Position numbers and translations under genes: made by a program. A model generated the notes under the pieces. It did not search any database. It was not told the origin of the DNA and saw only the letters and a list, made by a program, of their open reading frames with translations. This document shows positions 37,701-52,700 of a DNA stretch of 64,000 nt, piece after piece (position 1 is the stretch's first letter; each line of letters starts with the position of its first letter). The DNA comes from Veleropilina oligotropha (lineage: Eukaryota), in assembly GCA_048128005.1 (NCBI GenBank), contig JBEUKZ010000054.1, positions 1,054,001-1,118,000 of the forward strand, written 5' to 3'.

Positions 37701-40700
37701 CAATGAAATGTCGTCATTGATTATGTGTACAAATATATGGGCCATCTTCGCTAATAAATAATCATTATGCCTGCAATCGACCATGGCAAAGAATGACCAG
37801 CAAATCTCTTTATATTGGTTGATTATTGCGTGACCTGTGGCATAGCCACGACCCGACCTTCGCGGTTCGGCAAAGCCCGCTTCAAAACCCGTGATGTTAT
37901 ATTGCGTAAATCGATCATGGCAAATAATGAACGAAGCGAGATCCCGTCTACGACATTATCGAGATGTGCATAATCAAATAATTTTATTTCGATATCCATG
38001 TAATGACACCGGTTTTTAATCCATAGTATGTTGTGTGGTTATTTGCCCTTGAATTCGGTCTTTTATCTTTTCCGTATAAACGTTAATATGAAGAGCTTGG
38101 ATTACATGCTCGTTATAAACTACGACTAATGTCATTTATAGTGATGGTGTATTTGCTTCATAACTATAACATATCCCACCAACAATTTTAGTTGATTATA
38201 AGGCAGATAAAAAATGTTTAACATTGAATTGGCCTGATGGCCGATAGTTAAATTATATGAAATCTTTCAATTTAATATATTAATTTCCTGCAAGCAATTT
38301 TGGAAGTTGCAAAATGCCATTACCCATATATCAGCATGGTGAGGTTATTTATGATGTCACAAATCTTTGTCCCATTCGCCTTCATAATATGGATTACAGG
38401 CCTAGAGATTAGCTATTAAATACCGGTCGTGACCGGCAACAGTACGAGTTTGATCGACAAATTATATTTGCTATCGGTCATTGTGATCGACGGCAAATGA
38501 ATACATCGCCAGACGCACATGATTGTAAAAAAGGATTATTTATTCAAAATTGCCACTGTTGTTATCTAGCGCATATATATGTTATATATATCTGGTTGTG
38601 TGTTAATAAACTTATGCTGTACCGTACGCTTAATCATATCACCAATTTGAAAGTTAAACCTATTTATCGAATGAACAATCGCGAATTTCACTTTTGTGTA
38701 AATCTCGCACCGTTTACTTCATCGATCGCTGCTTTGCTTACGGAAAACACCGACTTGAATGCGGGAGAAATAATTTACGAGTTTGACCACTTCACTGTTT
38801 ATGAACAGTTCGTATATATATATTGTTATCTTTGACGATATTATTTAGAAATCAGTTTAAAGGTGTATTTTGCGAATTTAATTGAGTAATTGCGCTTACT
38901 TTCACACAACTATTTGTCGTCCAAAATAATAATGCGAACTCCCCTCGAAATGTGTTTGCAAAATGGCGGGTCTTCTCGTGGCGTTCGGTTTTACGATCAA
39001 AGGCAAAGTGACAGACACCCCTAACTCTAGCACCAGAAACGAGACTGGCAAGTAATAACAGTAATAAAAGTAAGAAACATTATTATGTTCAGTAGTTTTA
39101 TTTTAGTAACAGGTATAATATGCTCTTCAGCAGCGAATCGGGTCCAAAACGCCCCGAAAATAAATATACATTAGACCTTTAGTTATGAATATTTAGTAGC
39201 CATGACGCCCATACTATTTCCTGACATGCGTACATGCGCGGAGTATTTACTATCGAAGTTTTACGTTGTTTAGCAAGTATAAAGCTAATTGTTTATGTTT
39301 GGAAATCAGTATATGGAAGTAGGAACTTATCGCAATGTATATCGTTACTTTTACATAATGAATGGCTGTGAAATGCTATGACGAAGCATGAATTATGTTA
39401 CTAGAAGACCGCATGTCGAAGAATTCACCCAGCATAGGTCAACATGATAGCACTGGTCAATGGATTGACCCTGGATGCCACGCCCCCTACATTGATCAGC
39501 TGATATCGATGTTTAATTTTTAATAATTACATAACAAAGAAGATGGTAAATATATTTGATTACAAAATAAATGTTTATAGACTAATTACAAACTGCTAAT
39601 ACATGTAGCATTTGATTGAACACGCCTGGTATTTACAAGCAATGTTTGCATTTCTGTACTTGACCTCTTTTGCATGACGTCATTGATATGGAAATGAATT
39701 TGTGTGACGTACCTCTGTTTGACACTTGACAACAACGTTATTATCCCATCTGTTTTGAAAAACGATGGTATTATGTCGTCACGTAGTCTGTCCGTCCGAG
39801 CGTTCGTCCGTCCGTCCTTATAGACAACGTGATCACGATATCAGGAAAACCATAATAGCTATGGGATTCAAATTTGGTATGCAGGTTTTTGGGGACATAA
39901 ACTAGGTTGCTAATGAATTTCAGATTATTCTGCGAAATATTTGCACAGTTATCCCCCTTTTTCGACAAAATTTCCATTTCTGACGACGTGAACAGGATAT
40001 CAGGAAAACCGTAACAGCTAGGGAATTCAAATGTGGTATGAAGGTTTATTGGGACATAAACTAGATTGCTATTAAATTTCAGATTATTCTGCCAAATATT
40101 TGTACAGTTATCCCCCTTTTTCGACAATTTCCTTTTCGGACGACGTGAACGGGATATCAGGAAAACCATAACAGCTAGGGAATTTGGTATGCAGGTTTAT
40201 TGGGACATAAACTAGGTTGCTATTGAATTTCAGATTATTCCACCGAATATTTCCACAGTTATCCCCCTTTTTCGACAAACTTTCCTTTTCGGACGACGTG
40301 AACATGATATAAGGAAAACCGTAATACCTAGGGAATTCAAATTTGGTATGCAGCTTTATTGAGACATAGACTAGGTTGCTATTGAATTTGAGATTTTTTT
40401 CTGCCAAATATTTGGACAGTTATGCCCTTTTTTCGATATAAACTTTCCCTTTTTTGACATTAATATTTAGTTTCCGTCAATTACCTTCATAACCTCGCAT
40501 CAGATATTGTTCACATCTTGTGACTGTGTTTCAAATAAAACACGGGGTTATGTTACATTTTCCTAAAATTTCGGCAAGTATGTGCACAGTTCCCCTTTAT
40601 CAAGTATGTGCACAATTCCCCTTTATCAACTTAAAACTGTACACTCCATCAATTATGACAAACCCGATGGGATAATGTGTGGCTCCCACACTTCTTGCAA

Positions 40701-43700
40701 TAAGTATAATTTCTAAATTAGTTATTTAATTGCATGTGAATATATACTAGAAAAGTTATATTTATAATATTTATTTATACATGTATATATATTAACTTTG
40801 GAGACATTAATATGATTATGATAAAGTTAAGTGAATACAAAGTCAATTTAATAGTTCTTTGAATACATGGATAACTTTTTACAGAAGTAATAGATAATCT
40901 GGCAAATTTGCATGTGTTTTTGTAGACGGATACTACTATTTGAAAAAACGAAGTTTTATTTTGCGCGAACCGAATTTTCGTTTGCATCATTTTGGATTTG
41001 CAAGTATTTTATTATCAATTATGTATTGTTTTGTTAATTATGCGGTCGAAAATTTCTTATGCAAATAAGCGGGAATCGAATATTTGCATATGATGATAAT
41101 AGTAAAATATTCTGTTCCCAAAGATATATGCAAATTAACCGGATTATGCAATTATGCGATATGCAATTAAGTGAATTCCACTGTAATATTATATTATTAT
41201 GTAAGCTATAAACATTCCTATTCTGAATGACCTAATGTTTCTATAATTTTATGACAGCCTGACCTGAGGAATGCAAGCTGGGTTCGAGTTAGCCCGATAA
41301 ATCTGCCCCTAATTACAAGCTCGAAATCCTGACGGTCGCGTGTATAGGGTCAGATGTCGCCGCTATTAAAAAAGCGTGGATCTGTAACCCAAATCTAGCG
41401 ACAGCGATATCGACACCTTAAACGTGCCATACGGCGAATCTTTCGATACCCACATATCAATATACCATTTCACACTCACCTGACTTTATTGTTGATCAAT
41501 CCTAGCGATATAAGTCACATTATAAGCTTATATTGTTACTCGAAGCGTGTTAATTTGAAGCCATTGACAAAACGAAACCGTTCGCATCAACCAATCAAAG
41601 CGGGTTTCCGGTTGGTTAAAATAGATAAATTATTATTTAAAAATGATGCGCGTATTTTTGTCATTTATGCAATGTTTCATAATGTGTAAAATGTCGCCAC
41701 TGATTCGCCCCCTCAGTCTGGCTGATTCGCCCCCCTCAGGCTGGCTGATTCGCCCCCTCAGGCTGGCTGATTCGCCCCCTCAGGCTGGCTGATTCGCCCC
41801 CTCAGGCTGGCTGATTCTCCCCCTCAGGCTGGCTGATTCGCCCCCTCAGGCTGGCTGATTCGCCCCCTCAGGCTGGCTGATTCGCCCCCTCAGTCTGGCT
41901 GATTCGCCCCCCTCAGGCTGGCTGATTCGCCCCTTCAGGCTGGCTGATTCGGACTCCAAAGAAGTGAAACTAACAAGCATATCAGTAACGAATTAACCAG
42001 CATTTACACTGGTAATTTATTCAATAACTTAATAATACTATTGCATATGCAACAAAATAAGCCATATTCTAATATGTATTATTAAATGTACTAATATCAT
42101 ACCTACTACAAATATGATAAACAATGCACATTGTTTAATAAGCTAATATGTACTGCAAATATATAATAATACAACAATATTTTAAAAGTATACTAATGTA
42201 CTAATAAATGTAATAATACGATATTTACTACAAAAATGTACAAGTGTAATATTGTGTAACAAGATACATTGTTTAATAATCTATTATGTAATACAAAAAA
42301 TATATAATAATACTACAATATATTAAAAGTATACTAATTTCAAATACATTTTTTTAAATAATATATATACGGTAGTCCAATAACGAATTAACCAGCATTT
42401 ACACTGGTAATTTATTCAATAACCTAATACTGTAATACTATTGCGTATGAGCCAGGTTGGAGGGGTGAATCAGCCAGGCTTGTGGGGCGAATCAGCCAGG
42501 GTCCGAATCAGCCGGTATTCCATATAGTACATCTACAAATGTCCTATGGCAACTAAAGGTTTTCCCAATTAAATTAAGCTGCCAAAGAGTTAATTTACAT
42601 GACAATTGAGTAAATTAGCTTATAAATACGAAATTTAATAATATAGGACCGATAAAAAATATTTTGACAACATTTTGACCGGCAGTATGTTCATATTGAC
42701 CGGCAGTATGTTCATATTGACTGGCAGTATGTTCATATTGACCAGCAGTACGTTCATATTGACCGGCAGTACGTTCATATTGACCGGCAGTATGTTCATA
42801 TTGACCGGCAGTATGTTCATATTGACCGGCAGTATGTTCATATTGACCGGCAGTATGTTCATATTGACCGGCAGTATGTTCATATTGACCGGCAGTATGT
42901 TCATATTGACCGGCAGTATGTTCATATTGACCGGCAGCATGTTCATATTGACCGGCAGTATGTTCATATTGACCGGATTATAAACTGGCTGATTGTTACA
43001 TTAACATTAATAATGTAATTCCTCTTTCAAAGTATCCATTTATATCTTATTCCTTTCAGCTTCCATCCTCTTACCCAAATGTTGATCAACTGATGGTACA
43101 GAGACTACTAGATCAAAACAGACGTGACCAAGAAGCTCTCGAAAATGAAATGGGAACAAATCGTGAAAGACAAATAAACGAGCTGAAGGTAATTTCTCTG
43201 ATATTCTCCATTTCTCTGATATTCTCCATTCATTTTCAAATTGGTGAAATATCAATTTTTTTAATGGTATGTAAAGTAGTTCATACAGGCTTGTACAAAT
43301 CTTAATGCATATAAGATTTAATCAGTGTTACCCCTATACGCTGTGAATACTCCTCAATACCCCTATACGCTGTGAATACTCCTCAATACCCCTATACGTT
43401 GTGAATACTCCTCAATACCCCTATACGCTGTGAATACTCCTCAATACCCCTATACGTTGTGAATACTCCTCAATACCCCTATACGCTGTGAATACTCCTC
43501 AATACCCCTATACGTTGTGAATACTCCTCAATACCCCTATACGTTGTGAATACTCCTCAATACCCCTATACGCTGTGAATACGCCTCAATACCCCTATAC
43601 GTTGTGAATACGCCTCAATACCCCTATACGCTGTGAATATGCCTCAATACCCCTATACGTTGTGAATATGCCTCAATACCCCTATACGCTGTGAATACTC

Positions 43701-46700
43701 CTCAATACCCCTATACGCTGTGAAGTGTACTCCCCAATACCCCTATACATTGTGAATACGCCTCAATACCCCTATACGTTGTGAATACGCCTCAATACCC
43801 ATATACGTTGTGAATACGCCTCAATACCCCTATACGTTGTGAATACGCCTCAATACCCCTATACGTTGTGAATACGCCTCAATACCCCTATACGTTGTGA
43901 ATACTCCTCAATACCCCTATACGTTGTGAATACTCCTCAATACCCCTATACGTTGTGAATACGCCTCAATACCCCTATATGTTGTGAATACTCCTCAATA
44001 CCCCTATATGCTGTGAATACGCCTCAATACCCCTATACGCAGTGAATACTCCTCAATACCCCTATACGTTGTGAATACGCCTCAATACCCCTATACGTTG
44101 TGAATACTCCTCAATACCCCTATACGTTGTGAATACGCCTCAATACCCCTATACGTTGTGAATATGCCTCAATACCCCTATACGCTGTGAATACTCCTCA
44201 ATACCCCTATACGCTGTGAATACTCCTCAATACCCCTATACGCTGTGAATACGCCTCAATACCCTATATGCTGTGAATACTCCTCAATACCCCTATACGC
44301 TGTGAATACTCCTCAATACCCCTATACGCTGTGAATACGCCTCAATACCCCTATACGCTGTGAATACCCCTATGCGCTGTGAATACCCCTATGCGCTGTG
44401 AATACGCCTCAATACCCCTATACGCTGTGAACACGCCTCAATACCCCTATACGCTGTGAATACGCCTCAATACCCCTATACGTTGTGAATACGCCTCAAT
44501 ACCCCTATACGTTGTGAATACGCCTCAATACCCCTATACGTTGTGAATACGCCTCAATACCCCTATACGTTGTGAATACGCCTCAATACCCCTATGCGTT
44601 GTGAATACGCCTCAATACCCCTAGACGTTGTGAATACGCCTCAATACCCCTATACGTCGTGAATACGCCTCAATACCCCTATACGTTGTGAATATGCCTC
44701 AATACCCCTATACGTTGTGAATACGCCTCAATACCCCTATACGCTGTGAATACGCCTCAATACCCCTATACGTTGTGAATAATCCTCAATACCCCTATAC
44801 GTTGTGAATACTCCTCAATACCCCTATACGTTGTGAATACTCCTCAATACCCCTATACGTTGTGAATACTCCTCAATACCCCTATACGTTGTGAATACTC
44901 CTCAATATTCCTATATGTTGTGAATTCTCCTCAATACCCCTATACGCTGTGAATACTCCTCAATATTAAGTCATATGACATAATTATATGATTGTCTGTG
45001 GCTTGTCATATGATTGCCTGTGTCTTGAAATATGATTGTCTGTGGCTTGTCATATGATTGTCTGTGTCTTGTCATATGATTGTCTGTGTCTTGTCATATG
45101 ATTGTCTGTGTCTTGTCATATATTTGTCTGTGTCTTGACATATGTCTGTCTGTGTCTTGACATATGTTTGTCTGTGTCTTGACATATGTTTGTCTGTGTC
45201 TTGACATATGATTGTCTGTGTCTTGACATATGTTTGTCTGTGTCTTGACATATGATTGTCTGTGTCTTGTCATATATTTGTCTGTGTCTTGACATATGTC
45301 TGTCTGTGTCTTGACATATGTTTGTCTGTGTCTTGACATATGCTTGTCTGTGTCTTGACATATGATTGTATGTGGCTTGACATATGTTTGTCTATGTCTT
45401 GACATATGATTGTCTGTGTCTTGACATATGTTTGTCTGTGTCTTGACATATGACTGTCTGTATCTTGACATATGATTGTTTGTGTCTTGACATATGTTTG
45501 TCTGTGTCTTGACATATGTTTGTCTGTGTCTTGACATATGATTGTCTGTGTCTTGACATATGTTTGTCTGTGTCTTGACATATGACTGTCTGTATCTTGA
45601 CATATGTCTGTTTGTGTCGACATATGTTTGTCTGTGTCTTGACATATGTTTGTCTGTGTCTTGACATGTGTTTGTCTGTGTCTTGTCATATGATTGTCTG
45701 TATCTTGACATATGAATGTCTGTGTCTTGACATATGACTGTCTGTGTCTTGACATATGACTGTCTGTATCTTGACATATGATTGTTTGTGTCTTGACATA
45801 TGATTGTCTGTGTACATCCCCAGAATATGGATCAGTTTTCACACATTCTGATTAAAGCCAACCGGTTTAACAGTACACAATTATGTTAATAAAATGAATC
45901 TCTTAAGGAGATGAACACAATGATTTATATGCCTCGATAATGATATCCAATTCATCTGCCGCCTCGGCCAATATCACTTTCCTCGGTTGTTCAGTGATTG
46001 TATTCCTCTGAAGACGACAGCTCTGTACAATTACTATAGCATTGCAGGTTTCGTATAACCTGAAGATTTGTTTTTATGATTGATAATCATCTTAACTGCA
46101 TCATCATCAATTATGATATAATGTCATCTATTTCAAATTCTTTGTATTTAAAATATTTAGTTGAAATTAAAAATATTTAATATAAATTTTGTCTAGGCAA
46201 AGTTAGCGGCACGTAAAGAGAGGCGTATGGCGGAAGCTCTACAGCTGAGAGAGAATGATGAGGCAGAGATGTTGATGACTGAACAGAGACAGCAGAGAGC
46301 CACGACATCAGCAGAGACACCTGGTGGTGATCTTCAGAAAGTCCCAGAGGTCAAATACGGGGAGTCTGTGGAGGAGAAGGCATTGAAGAAGGAACAGGTA
46401 TAACATTGTAGACGACTCTCTAACGACCAAATCGATGTGCTCATTGTTTGCAACATAGTTTAATTTCTAACTTAATTCGTTGTGACTTCGATGTGTTGCA
46501 GTCATCCCATGCACATCCAAATGTTTCTTTGTGTCATCTTCAGTGATATTTGTATTCATCGATTCATGTGAAATTTTAGAATATGAATATGTATACTTAT
46601 AATAAGTGACTTGTTTTAATTGTTTGAAAAGAAAATGTATGAAATATGATGTACTTGTAGGATCGTATGAAAGAAGAGTTCCGTAATCAACAAAAGCTAG

Positions 46701-49700
46701 AACAAGAGAAATTGGCGGCGAAACTGGACCAGGAGGCCAGAACCAAGGAACAGGAACTGAGAAACCAGGCGGACGCCAGCCGAGAGCAGATCCTGCGAGA
46801 GAAGCGGAACAGGCAGGCGGCGGAGCTGGCCGCTCGAACCGACCTCTCCGAGGAGCAGCTCGCCGCCGTAAGTTACAGGGTTATTTATCGATGGTAACGG
46901 GCCGAGGATGCTAATTGCATGAGATTTCATAAGCATATTATTGAGTTCACCTCAATTTTAACATTTATGGGCCAAATGTTCTTTTAGTTACGTGCTTGAT
47001 TATGAGTAATATCAAGATGTTTTAATCACTAACTATAATCAGAAATGTCATTTGATGATGAATTTACATGTCACCTTTATCCTAAGAGATTTCATTAGCA
47101 ATGAAACATCGTCACTTCTTCATTAGACAGTCTTTGCTGTGTGTAATAGCAAATACATTCAATGTGATAATGAAAAGTATTGATTTAGCATGTTTTCATC
47201 ATAATTTCGTATGTTTGGGGGATATATGTTAAAACGATCTTTTTTCGTTTTAGTTAATGGCGAACCACCAGAAGGAACTGGAGCGACTCTCTGAGCGCCT
47301 GGATGGCGAACGCTCGCGACAAATGCTGACACTGCGTGACCGACTAGCAGAACATCGACGGAGAAAGATGGACAATCTGCGAAGAAAACAAGATGTTGAG
47401 CTGACGAAGGAAGTCATGGAACAGAAGAAAGAGCTGGATGAAATCAAGACGAAGCAGGTTAGTGTCGTCAGTTGGCATAAACCATGTTTCTACTGTTACT
47501 AAGCCAAATTATTATGTTATAGATCATATCTAATTAATATGAGACAATGTCACATGTTTTGCAAATTAAAGTCACATACTAAATTGACAGCAATGTTGTT
47601 TAAGGTGCCAACAAATTATTAGTTGTAACTGAGAAATGATTTGTTGCGTTTGCAAATTAATATTTTTCATATGACAACATTGACATGTTGTTTTAATGTA
47701 CTGCATATTTCAGATGAAGATTGCTGAGCACGAGGCCATGAAGGAGGGTATCCGTGACAACGGGGAGGAGGACAGCGACCAGGTTGTGCAGGCGGTGTTG
47801 GCGGCGAGACACGCACAGGTTAGTCCGGATGCTGGCGCCCTACGATTTAGATTTGGCACGGCTTTGTAGTTATATCATGGTCTCACCAAATTCACTCCAG
47901 GGCAAGGAATTTTGTAATTTTGTTTATTGCTATTCAATCAATATGAATGAGTACTAGATTGAAAGTTACATAACTCACAGTTTTTGCTAAATCACTATAA
48001 TAGTTAAAATATTTATATTCTCTATAAAATTGATAATTTTAATATTTCTGACTCTCAGGAAATTCAAGACTTGGAAAATCGCTTTGCCGCAGAAAAAAAA
48101 CTGATGGTTGATGATGCACTGAATAAACTCCATGATAAATACAACAAGATCCGCGAGGATATGCTGCGTCGCCATGAGGAGGAGCTGGCGGCTCTCGAGG
48201 TAACATCAGCATTCTCTATTTGTTATTTATTTGATCTTTTGTTGCGAAAAAATCGCATGTATTTCATATCTTAATGGTTATTAATGATGTCAGTTTCTGC
48301 ATATACCTTTGGTCACACGGTAAATCAAGTGGAGCATGAGATCTCACACGGTAAGTCAAGTGGAGCATGAGATCTCACATGGTAAGTCAAGTGGAGCATG
48401 AGATCTCACACGGTAAGTCATGTGGAGCATGAGATCTCACACGGTAAGTCAAGTGGAACATGAGATCTCACATGGTACGTCAAGTGGAGCATGAGATCTC
48501 ACACGGTAAGTCAAGTGGAGCATGAGATCTCACACGGTAAGTCAAGTGGAACATGAGATCTCACACGGTAAGTCAAGTGGAGCATGAGATCTCACACGGT
48601 AAGTCAAGTGGAACATGAGATCTCACACGGTAAGTCAAATGGAACATGAGATCTCACACGGTAAGTCAAGTGGAGCATGAGATCTCACACGGTAAGTCAA
48701 GTGGAGCATGAGATCTCACACGGTAAGTCAAGTGGAGCATGAGATCTCACACGGTAAGTCAAGTGGAGCATGAGATCTCACATGGTAAGTCAAGTGGAGC
48801 ATGAGATCTCACACGGTAAGTCAAGTGGAGCATGAGATCTCACACGGTAAGTCAAGTGGAGCATGAGATCTCACACGGTAAGTCAAGTGGAGCACGAGAT
48901 CTCACACGGTAAGTCGAGTGGAGCATGAGATCTCGCACGGTAAGTCAAGTGGAGCACGAGATCTCACACGGTAAGTCAAGTGGAGCATGAGATCTCAATT
49001 CACTTGCATGACTGCTCTGTTTAACAAGAGTGGAATCCTCGACGGAGCACGTAGCAGGCACTGTTCAGTTAACAGTCACAGTTGTTCATAAATGGTTGAT
49101 GAGGACGGGTTTTCCTCCTGCGATAATATGGACATGTCTTGGTTTGAACTTGAAGGTTGTTGAAAACATTATTGATCCAAATCTATTTGTTTGTTACATA
49201 TTTCTTCATTTATTGCAAATATATCACATTGATTTATATTTCTTTACGTACTTACATGCCTTAACGCTCATTCTACAGAAGCTTGGATTGAGTCCGGAGG
49301 AACTGCAGCAGCGGCGAGCAGAGCTCCTGAACAAGCAGCAACTGGAGCTGTCCGACTTGGACCGGAAACTCTCGGACGAGGAGCGCCACGTCAAGAAGGG
49401 CGCTCTGGTCGACTGGGAGGTGAAGGTCGCCCGCGCAAACCTCGACCTCAAGGAGAAACACTACAAGGTGAGGGTCAATGACTGGGAGGTGAAGGTCGCC
49501 CGCGCAAAGCTCGACCTCAAGGAGAAGCATTATAACGTGGGCAGTCAAAGACTGGGAGGTGAAGGTCTCCCGCTCAACCTCAAGGAGAAACACTACAAGG
49601 TGAGGGGCCAATGACTGGGAGGTGAAGGTCGCCCGTGCAAACCTCGACCTCAAGGAGAAACACTACAAGGTGAGGGGCCAATGACTGGGAGGTGAAGGTC

Positions 49701-52700
49701 GCCCGCGCAAACCTCGACCTCAAGGAGAAACACTACAAGGTGAGGGTCAATGACTGGGAGGTGAAGGTCGCCCGCGCAAACCTCGACCTCAAGGCGAAAC
49801 ACTACAAGGTGAGGGGCCAATGACTGGGAGTTGAAGGTCGCCCGCGCAAACCTCAACCTCAAGGAGAAGCACTACAAGGTGAAGGGTCAATGACTGGGAG
49901 GTGAAGGTCGCCCGCATAAACCTCTACCTCAAGGAGAAGCACTAGAAGGTGAGGGGTCAATGAATGGGAGGTGAAGGTCGCCCGCACAAACATCAAGGAG
50001 AAGCATTAGAAGGTGAGGGGTCAATGACTGGGAGGTGAAGGTCGCCCACGCAAACCTCGACCTCAAGGAGAAACACTACAAGGTGAGGGGCCAATGACTG
50101 GGAGGTGAAGGTCGCCCGCGCAAACCTCGACCTCAAGGAGAAGCACTACAAGGTGAAGGGTCAATGACTGGGAGGTGAAGGTCGCCCGCGTAAACCTCTA
50201 CCTCAAGGAGAAGCACTAGAAGGTGAGGGGTCAATGACTGGGAGGTGAAGGTCGCCCGCGCAAAACTCAAGGAGAAGCATTAGAAGGTGAGGGGTCAATG
50301 ACTGGGAGGTGAAGGTCGCCAGCGCAAACCTCGACCTCAAGGAGAAGCATTATAAAGTGAGGTCAACTTCTCTAGAAAAATTAAAAGTTATGAATGCAAT
50401 TTTGAAAACAGTTCTGTAGATATTGCCATGAAGATTGTTCTTGGACTCCAGTTCCATCATAGTAATAGAATAGTACAATCTAGCCACGATATCATATTCA
50501 ATGTTGAAGCTTGACGTAGCTTGTGCAACAATCTCTGTAGCGTGTTCAGTGGTCAATGAGATCATGCCCCACCAGTTACGTGAAACCAGAAAAGCTGTTT
50601 TATTGATGTTTTGAAATCCATTTTTCTGGTAATAAAAAATATGGGCAGATATGATTGGTTACGTAATTATCCAATTACGAAGAAGTTTTTGAAGTCAAGG
50701 TTAATTTTATGTTATATTACATGTACTATAATTGCAAATTAACCTCTGGAATTTATAATAAATTGAAATCCTTCCTGTTCCACTGCAATAAAATATTACT
50801 ACAACGCTGTCAATTACTTGGCAATGCATGCACGTGGTTGGTATTACTTTAATTGACTTGTGACAATTGTTCAGGAATATGCCGATGCGTTAAAGCAATT
50901 CTCTCCAAAACATGCGAGTGTCAAGGAGGCGGAAGATGCCGCACAGGAACTGGAGGAGGTCAAACGGCGGCTGGATAGAGAAAGAAAGGAAAAGGAGGAA
51001 AGGAGGAAACAGGAGCAGGCTGGTACGTCACGGCAAAAGATAAACGATGAAGTAGATTGAACTGTCAGAAATGAATGTACCATGATGTGTTTAATAAGAA
51101 TTGACTATGCCACTTTGTCTAACCTTCTTTTATTTGCTCAGTCTCCTTGTGAGGTCGCCCGGCCACCAACCGAGTTAATGCATTGCACCAAATTATCCCG
51201 CATTGACTGCCATGACTTTGCTGAGGATAGTTGTATCCTCGATCGGCATTTGAATTTGTGTTGTAAACGGTCACGATACTCCATAGCTGGGAAGTGGGGG
51301 CACGTTCCCTCACTTGATCATATGAACATGTTCTGATATAAACCCCTGGTATGGCCCCTTCGCGTGCCCTTGTACGCAGCTCCCGTATAATCATATATGG
51401 AAAATAGTGTTTCAAAACAATTCCGTGCATAGGTAATAAATGGGCCATGCAGAAAGGGTTAAGAGTGCTAAATGTGACATAATTTTTATCCAATCCAAAC
51501 TCCAGAAATAAAAAAGCTAGGCACGTCTGCCATCGAGGAACATAATTATTTGAATGTTTATTTCAGTCACTGTATGTCCTTTTTGCTGAATTTTTTTTGC
51601 ATTTTATAGAATTTGAGAAATTGGAGAAGCAGCGTTTGCAACAGGAGGTGACCGAGTACACAAATCAGCTGGAGGACGAGACTTCACAGGAGAAGAACAA
51701 GCTGGAGAGGAACATCGAAGCGCTGAACCGGCGGAAGGATGAGGTCGTGAAAGAGAGGAAGCAGAAGATGAAGGTAAGGGTTGAGAGGAAGCAGAAGATG
51801 ACGGTAAAGGGGGAGAGGAAGCAGGAGATGTAGATAGGGGGTGAGAGGATGCAGGAGATGAAGGTAGGGGTGAGAGGAAGCAGAAGATGAGGGTAGGGGG
51901 TGAGAGGAAGCAGGAGATGAGGGTAGGGGGTGAGACGAAGCAGGAGATGTAGGTAGGGGGTGAGAGGAAGCAGAAGATGAGGGTAGGGGGTGAGAGGAAG
52001 CAGGAGATGAGGGTAAGGGGTGAGAGGAAGCAGGAGATGTAGATAGGGGGTGAGAGGAAGCAGGAGATGTAGATAGGGGGTGAGAGGAAGCAGGAGATGA
52101 GGGTAGGGGGTGAGAGGAAGCAGAAGATGAGGGTAGGGGGTGAGAGGAAGCAGGAGATGAAGGTAGGGGTGAGAGGAAGCAGAAGATGAGGGTAAGGGGG
52201 GAGAGGAAGCAGGAGATGAGGGTAAGGGGGGAGAGGAAGCAGGAGATGAGGGTAAGGGGGGAGAGGAAGCAGGAGATGAGGGTAGGGGGTGAGAGGATGC
52301 AGGAGATGAAGGTAGGGGTGAGAGGAAGCAGAAGATGAGGGTAGGGGGTGAGAGGATGCAGGAGATGTAGGTAAGGGGTGAGAGGAAGCAGAAGATGAGG
52401 GTAGGGGGTGAGAGGATGCAGAAGATGTAGGTAGGGGGTGAGAGGAAGCAGGAGATGAGGGTAGGGGGTGAGAGGATGCAGGAGATGTAGGTAAGGGGTG
52501 AGAGGAAGCAGAAGATGAGGGTAGGGGGTGAGAGGAAGCAGGAGATGAGGGTAGGGGGTGAGAGGAAGCAGGAGATGAGGGTAGGGGGTGAGAGGATGCA
52601 GGAGATGAGGGTAAGGGGTGAGAGGAAGCAGAAGATGAGGGTAAGGGGTGAGAGGAAGCAGGAGATGAGGGTAAGGGGGGAGAGGAAGCAGGAGATGAGG

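Noticed and set aside
37742..39546. Possible 1.8-kb element bounded by ccatcttc / gaagatgg
   Set aside because: The inverted match is short and degenerate, with no TSD or ORF.
37228..41183. cagtggaatt ... aattccactg as TIRs capturing exon 17
   Set aside because: The left match is only 10 bp, lacks the TA target site and lacks the family's subterminal repeats; likely chance.
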